From Antedon mediterranea (taxonomy: Eukaryota; Animalia; Echinodermata), in the NCBI RefSeq assembly GCF_964355755.1, contig NC_092678.1, positions 22,585,365 through 22,649,364 on the forward strand: a stretch of DNA of 64,000 bases. Reading direction: 5' to 3'. Positions within the stretch are counted from its first letter, which is position 1, and every line of letters starts with the position of its first letter. The position numbers and the translations under genes were made by a program. This document shows positions 57,140 through 64,000 of the stretch, in pieces. The notes beneath the pieces are model-generated. The model saw only the letters and a program-made list of their open reading frames with translations, had not been told where the DNA came from and did not search any database.

Positions 57140-57256
57140 ATAGGAATATTTGGTAATACAGCATCACATGTGGTGCCTGTATCATGTACGGTTAGGTTAA
57201 GGTTACTCTAGATACATGTGAAACACATGTGATGTTGTATTACCAAATATACCTAT
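57140..57256. mobile_element. Small MITE with about 33-bp TIRs
   Basis: ATAGGAATATTTGGTAATACAGCATCACATGTG and CACATGTGATGTTGTATTACCAAATATACCTAT. Confidence 0.7.
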
Positions 57257-58187
57257 GATAGAAGGAAGAGTAAAATTCACTCTTCCCTGCTAATAATGTT
57301 AGAGACACCAATATAACAGTAATATAGAAATTAAGTTTATTGTAATACACAAAATCTATCAGATCTATATTGAATGTAAACCCAATACATGTACCTGTAC
57401 GCACAATACCTATACACACAATATAAATGAACACAAATTAAGTAATTTAAAGAAATGTCATACCATAAGATCAAAATAGAAACCCATTATACTAATTTAT
57501 TATTATCAACTGCGTCATTTAGTAGCGTTAACATTTAAAATATAGAATTAAATAAAAAATATTGCGTTATTTGTTCCAATGAAATCGGAAATGTTTTTCC
57601 CTACAATATTGCATTAATTGAAATAGAAGGCGTGTACAAAATATATAGATCTCAACACAACAATTATTTTTACTTCTAATTATATTTAGTTATTTCAATT
57701 TAAAAAAAGAAACGCCTTTTTACTAAATAGATATCAAACCAATAAATATACACTAAAATACAACAAACAAATACATATTATCAACTATATTCTAATTTTA
57801 AAATATGTTCATTAAAAGTGTTAGATTGGTAGTTATATATACTGTATGCATACATCTCTAATGATATGTTATTAAAATCCAAATTATATTATTAGGCCTA
57901 TACTATTGAGAGATTTGATTATTGTTCCCATTTTATAAATTCACCTAATCTCTTATTGACAACGGTATATATTCACAGAAAGAATAAAATAAATTCAGTG
58001 AATCAGTTTACTTATCTTGACTGAAGGGAATGTATCCTTGATAATATAATGAGATACAAGAAGCTCAAAACATATTCATAATCATCTCCATTATTTTTAT
58101 TAGCCAAAAGCTTCGGTACTGTAGGTACAGTACTTTCAGTTTCGAGCTCTCCATTATCCCAGCCAATGGATTCTAGTTGATTATAGG

Positions 58188-61100
58188 CTAAATGAGATTA
58201 ACCCACACAAGACAAAACAAAAATAAGATTAAAGGGAAGATCAGGAAGTACCGATTCATCAACATCGTCATCATCAGCAGCAGCAGCATGTCAATCTGAT
58301 CGCATCTTCCTTCTTTTTTATCTGATAACCTAATATGAGCTTCATGTATCATACGTTTATCATTAGTTTCTGTTCTGTACTTATCAACCCCTTCATCTTC
58401 TTTTTCTTTTTTACACGATAACCTATTATCCTGAGCTTCATGTATCATACGTTTATCATTAGTTTCTGTTCTGTACTTATCAACCCCTTCATCTTCTTTT
58501 ACTTTTTCACACGATAACCTATCCTGAGCTTCATGTATTATACGTTTATCATTAGTTTCTGTTCTGTACTTATCTATTTTTAAATATATTTTGTTTGATT
58601 CATTTCTAAAAACAAGTAATGTGATTGCTGAGTTATCATGAATATTCATAAGGTCATTTCCTTTTAAATCGTCTTTCCTTATTGTTCCCATTTTATAACA
58701 TTCATTGAGCATGTCTTTAACAATCGTACCATTTAGATTACAATTCTTCATAGAAAGACGTTTCAATTTTGGAAATATGATAAATATATTAGCTAGAGTA
58801 CTTCCGTTGATTGATGATAGGTCAACTCTATTCAAATTAAGAACAGACTTTCTAAAGCTGTAACGATTAGGAGATATCAACAGATTGTGTAATTGATTCG
58901 CTGATAAATTATACACACCCCAAGATAACTCAACACCCAATAATGCATCAATAATTCTCGCAAATAAATCACTATCAATATTTGAAAGATCATTGTGCTC
59001 TATATCAATAAACTGTTCTTTTAATTTTAAATACTTTACTTCATTCAGCATATCGACCATTTGTGCGCTTGAAAATGCATGTTTAACCAATTTAAAGTTT
59101 TCCAAATCTTTAGAATTATTTAATATGTGGCCTAATGAAGACCCACTTATATAGTCAAGACTGTTACCCGAGAAAGTAAAGGTCTTCAATTTATCAAATG
59201 TTTTGCATTCTTTTAACATTGAGTTAATGCGTTCACTATAACTTTTTCTATCCTTATAATGATACAAATCAACAGAACTAATTTTGAGTGTTTCTAGGTT
59301 TGGAAAGTTTTGAAAAAATGTGCACATATGTGAGGCATTGATAGGCCTATTGCTCACAGAATTGTCATTTTCAAATAACATAAATGAATGTATTTCCTCT
59401 CCGAAATTATATTTATTCCATTCGTCTGAGAGAATGGCAACAGCTTTATAACCCCATTTTGCTAGGACTTTAATTAGATATGCGTCACCATTTATTTTAT
59501 CAGTGATATGTTCAAGTTCGTTATTATATCTTTGTAGTATAATCGAAATGTGAGCTACAATCTTACACACATATTTATATGACTGTTCATTTGATTCATC
59601 TATAATTGACTCCACATTATTTAATAATAAATCTCTATTATCTGTAAGCTTATCTGAAAATAATTTAAGAATTTGTATGAAGTGCATTAAGTGCAAATTG
59701 TCGGCTTTAAGAATTCTTTTCCAAGAATTACTTAACATTTTACCATGAGTTTTCATTTCTTGAGACATATTATAATCCAATGATTTCAATACTTTTTTTT
59801 CGTGTTCTTGATTTACATATTTAAAGTACTTTGAAAAAGAGTAATAATTCGAGGCCCTATTCACCAACCAGTGCTTCATTAATTTGTGGGCATTAGGACC
59901 TAGAAAGCTAATAGTGAAAACTCTAACCATGTGTAAATACCCATGCGTCCTTATTGTTTCATATTCCTTAAACTCTAAGGTCTCAATTTTGTTAGACAAG
60001 TAATACCCGGTTAGTGCCTCTGACAATAACTTATGTGGACATCTGTAAGTCTCCACAAAATTATTACTAATCAGTTTAATATTTAAATTTTCGTCTTTAT
60101 AAACAAATCCTATTCTTAGAGATAAATTAACTAAAGTATTATCTCTTTCAAGGCCAAGTAATTCCTGGTTAGTAAAATGAAGAACATTATTTTTCAACCC
60201 AGTGTAACTGATTTGTCCTAATATCAGAATTGCATTTTTATACTTCGTCGGAAGATTGTCAAAGTCTGCTATTCTTTCTGGCTTACTTGTGTGCTCATCG
60301 GGTCTATTAATGTACTGATTTAAAATGGTACGGAAAATTTCTTTGAAAAAATGTTGAAGATCTTTTGGAATCACTTTTTCGTGTTCCCACAAAGTACACA
60401 TTTTAAGTAACAAAAACGGGGAAGTAAACAGTTTAAATATGTTGTGATCACCACCCCAATCCATTAAATAAGGTGAATCAAGTTTGAATGATGTAATCAA
60501 TAACTGACCTAATGTAGGATTGTTTACAGATTTGAAGTATTTTTCTATATATGGCTTTATGTTTTCCTTGGCGAATCCCTCTAATTTTACATGTACGTCA
60601 TAATGTTCATGGACACTTCCACACGTCCAAGGTCGCGAAGTAAGAATAACCGTGCTTTTCTTAAGTTCACCTTTTTTCATTATCTTTGGAATTTTAATCC
60701 CAGATCTTAACTCATCAAATCCATCCATCAAAATAACCAATTCACTGTCGTATTTATTTAAAAATGTGTTTATAATTGCCTCATTTATAATGTTATCTTT
60801 GTGTTTCACACTATTAAAAATGACATCAGTGATGTTTTGCCCTTCTTTGATATCTCTGACGTTTACAAGAAACACTATTTTATCAGCAAACGTAGTATCG
60901 TTGTCAGTCGCCCAGTTATAAGATATATATTGAAGTAAGGTTGTCTTACCAATTCCCCCATCTCCTATCATCAATACTTTGCATGCATCTTTGGACTTTA
61001 TAATACCCAATAATTGTTTTACTGTTTTTTTGTTTTTTTTGTGTTTTTTTTCTGTGTAATCATATAAATATAATTTTGGGTCGATAAACATCTTTGATAT

Positions 61101-61449
61101 AAAATACCTGGTATCTGCTCTCCACGGCGGTGGTCTTACATATGGCGTTTTAAATTCTTTTTTCTGTTTTGCTCTTAAATAGTTCCGAATATACTCATCT
61201 GAAATAAAGACAATTACCAAATGAATGAACAACATCTATGAAGTGAGAAACACAATCTAACAATTTAATTAGACACAAATCAGAACTGATTTTAATTTAA
61301 TTTTTAATTATAAATTACTGTTCAAGTCTAATACATGTAATTACCTTCTGTTAATTCGTAATCTGAAAATTTGTTCGCAAAAACATGGAATGAGTATGAG
61401 AGTATGACAGCTAAGATGACAACAATAAATACCAAGACCATCGGTAAAA
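58188..61449 (-). CDS. NLR-like gene C (upstream exons not seen): hydrophobic helix, NACHT, LRR, 32-aa repeats, hydrophobic tail
   Basis: Exons 61449-61345 (VLPMVLVFIVVILAVILSYSFHVFANKFSDYELTE) and 61198-58188, phase 1. GDGGIGKTT, LVILMDGFDE, VILTSRP, HKLLSEALTGYYL. Clear paralog of gene A, with the gene B repeats near its C-terminus. Confidence 0.85.
58318..58575 (-). repeat. Coding tandem repeat, about 2.7 x 96 bp, same unit as gene B
   Basis: DKYRTETNDKR(I/M)IHEAQD(N)RLSC(E/K)K..EDEGV. Confidence 0.92.
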
Positions 61450-61606
61450 CTACAAAACAAAAAACAATTATAAGATTTATTATTTGGCTGTATATATATA
61501 CACTAAACTCTTAGTGATCAACATTTATAGATTGAAAAACAAAAGTAAATAATTAAGTGAATAAACTTCAATTAAGAAAAGAGAAAAGAAAAGATTGTAT
61601 TATAAA

Positions 61607-62302
61607 TTTTTTTTTTCAATTCATCGACATTTTTATTCCATAATCAAATAAAAACATATACAAATAGGCCTACAATACAAATAATAAGATAATGGAATGG
61701 GATACAAAATAAGCACAAGTGCTTTAAGCATGTAACCCTAACAAAAAGATCAAACAATTAGTACAAACAAAAAGAACAAACCAAAATAACATAATGTGAT
61801 TTACTTAACTTAAATATTTCTATTGTTATAATATTGCTTTAATCTCTGTTTAAACAAACTTAAAGTGGGGGATTGTTTTATGTAGTCTGTTAAATTGTTC
61901 CAAATATTTGTTCCTTGGTAGGAAATACATTGCTGTCCGACTTTGGTGCGTTTTAGTTGTGGACAGTAGTTTGACCTGTTTCTAGTTGAGTAATTATGGA
62001 ATGAGGCAGATGTACTAAATAAGTTATTAAATGATTCAGGTAATAGATTATGTTTATATTGATACATAAATATAGCAGTGTGTTTCGTATAAAGGTCAAA
62101 CATTTTTAATGTTTGGGTCGAAATAAAAAGTGGATGAGAAGGATGCATAAAATGAACATGACAAATATTTCTAAGTGCTTTTTTCTGGAGAATATGTATA
62201 CGGTTTAAGTTTGTAGCAGAAGTAGCACCCCATACTGTGATAGCATACGTTATTCTAGGTACTGTAATATAAGTGCATTGTATACCGTTAACAAGATTTT
62301 AC
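61607..62302 (-). mobile_element. 3' fragment of a CR1/L2-group LINE related to the element at 1-2409
   Basis: Translates to YAITVWGATSATNLNRIHILQKKALRNICHVH..HPS..LF..FDLYTKHTAIFM..YQGTNIWN, collinear with the C-terminus of the first LINE. Stem-loop at 61699-61738, AATAAA and an A-rich tail. Confidence 0.9.
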
Positions 62303-64000
62303 TTTTTTTTTTTTTTTTTTTTTCATTTTTTTTTATTCATTTCAAAAAATACAACCATAACACAAATCACTTAAATATAAAGTAATAGGTATCAAAAAGA
62401 TATGAACGTTTAAATAAAGTAACTTACAGTGATCAAACAATATTAAAAACTATAAATTATTAATTCCATTTTTTTTTTAAAAGTAAATAATTAATTAATT
62501 TGGTAAATGCTGTGTTTTCCACAATTATGTAACTAATCTAACTAAATATAATTGTATTAATCAAATTAGCCAGAGATATACATTTACTAACATATTAATT
62601 TTTTTTTTGTCTTTACATAGCAATAATAAATAATACTCATATTTATACATACACATACATACACACAAATATATCTTAATCTGTACTATTACCAAGGAAC
62701 TATAATATAATTGTGTTAATTAAAATCAGATACATACATTTAACAACATAACCATTTTTGTTTCTTTAAAATAATACATATATATTAATAAAATACATAT
62801 TTTTAATTATCTGTATTGTAACCAAGGAACTAATAGTATGCCTATAATAAATACTTAAATATATCTAACAAGTGCAAATAATAATTTCTGGTTTACATTT
62901 TAATTTAATACAATAATAAAGAGCAAGCGTAATAATAATAATAATACACAAAAGTAAGTCATTTCCTCGAGAAACAGTATCGTTAAGTTATCAAATATAA
63001 TCTTCTATTAATCTCCACTTTTGTCTGAAATTATACAATGTACTTCTTTTAGAAGCAATGTTTTTCTCTACGTTATAATTAAATTTTAACCGATTAAAGA
63101 AAACCTGGAAGACTGGCTTTTTGTGAGTTAATTTGTAACTAAATATAATTTTCTTAATCAACAAAATACATAGATTTAATAACATATCAGGATTTTCTGT
63201 ATTGTAACCAAATAATATGGAGGTTTTATCAAGGTAAATCTTTGTTTTTGAAATGTTTTCCCACCAAGTTGTGAATTCATCCCATAGTTTGGTTGCAATG
63301 TTACATTCAACCAAAAGATGGGTCATAGTTTCACTATTTGATTCACAATAGGAACACATATTACTCGGTACAATATTCATTTTATGTAGTCTACTATTAG
63401 TTGACAAGCAATTCACATTAATTTTATACTGAAATATTCTGGTTCTTACCTCCTGAGAACATTTAAATGGTAATACATAGATATTTTCCCATTTATCGCT
63501 ATCTACACCTAATTCATCCTGCAATTTACTTTGAGATGTTGGTATTTTAAAGATTTTTTTAATTAAGGCTCTGTATATATTTTTTGTACTCATACTTTCT
63601 AATTCTTTCTCTTCATTCTTTACTTCCACTATAAACCCTCTCTTTTTATAATTTGTTCGTAAAAACCCTAGCTTCATGTTTGCTTTCCACTGTGGGGGTA
63701 TTGCAGATATCGTCATTCTCCAGTGCATGAAATTACTTGTCGATAAGCCTCTCTTTATCCACGTATTAAAGGGAATGATATTACCGTTTTCATAAAAAAG
63801 GTCGCTTACTAAACATATCCCAACATCTCTGAGGCTCTTGTAATAAAATGGCTTGCCATGTATATGCATGTGCCTATTAAACCATATATATTGGGACCCT
63901 TCGTTTACTGTATCAGGATGTATTAATTCGAAATAAGCGTTTAACATATCCTTATAAAACAATGGAATATTTTTCCAACTACGGACACAGTCCGCGCTTA
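62303..64000 (-). mobile_element. L1/Tx1-group LINE, 3' part (ORF2 C-terminus with CCHC zinc finger, 3' UTR, poly(A))
   Basis: ORF 62991-63962 contains IWFNRH, RIFQYKI and CSYCESNSETMTHLLVEC, followed by a roughly 650-bp UTR, AATAAA and a poly(A) at about 62303-62340. Confidence 0.9.

Overview
AT-rich, intron-rich animal DNA, probably from a marine invertebrate (an echinoderm is plausible from the DED-NACHT genes and repeat types; this is inference). The left half holds conventional + strand genes: an intact CR1/L2-group LINE ORF inside an intron of SPF45/RBM17, a roughly 44-exon CCDC162/C6orf183-like gene, a 319-aa secreted and probably GPI-anchored protein with two PPC-like repeats, and a class II ARF whose third intron carries a 33 x 55-bp array and a non-autonomous Helitron. 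The right half (34-64 kb) is a transposon-rich, tandemly duplicated minus-strand immune locus. Gene A encodes DED-DED, a hydrophobic helix, NACHT, LRRs and a hydrophobic tail. Gene B is a secreted 32-aa-repeat protein with one in-frame stop. Gene C encodes a hydrophobic helix, NACHT, LRRs, the same 32-aa repeats and a frameshift-derived hydrophobic tail. The main candidate novelty is this NLR family: a frame-symmetric signal/TM exon sits between the death-fold and NACHT domains, and a homologous segment serves as the signal peptide of the NACHT-less secreted paralog. Other notable signals are 27-44 bp P-element-like hairpins with 7-bp target duplications, tandem arrays built from exon/splice-donor junctions, GC-AG introns, an RBFOX-flanked microexon, a shared LINE 3' stem-loop and nested foldback transposons. 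All gene models were assembled by eye; no database searches were run.
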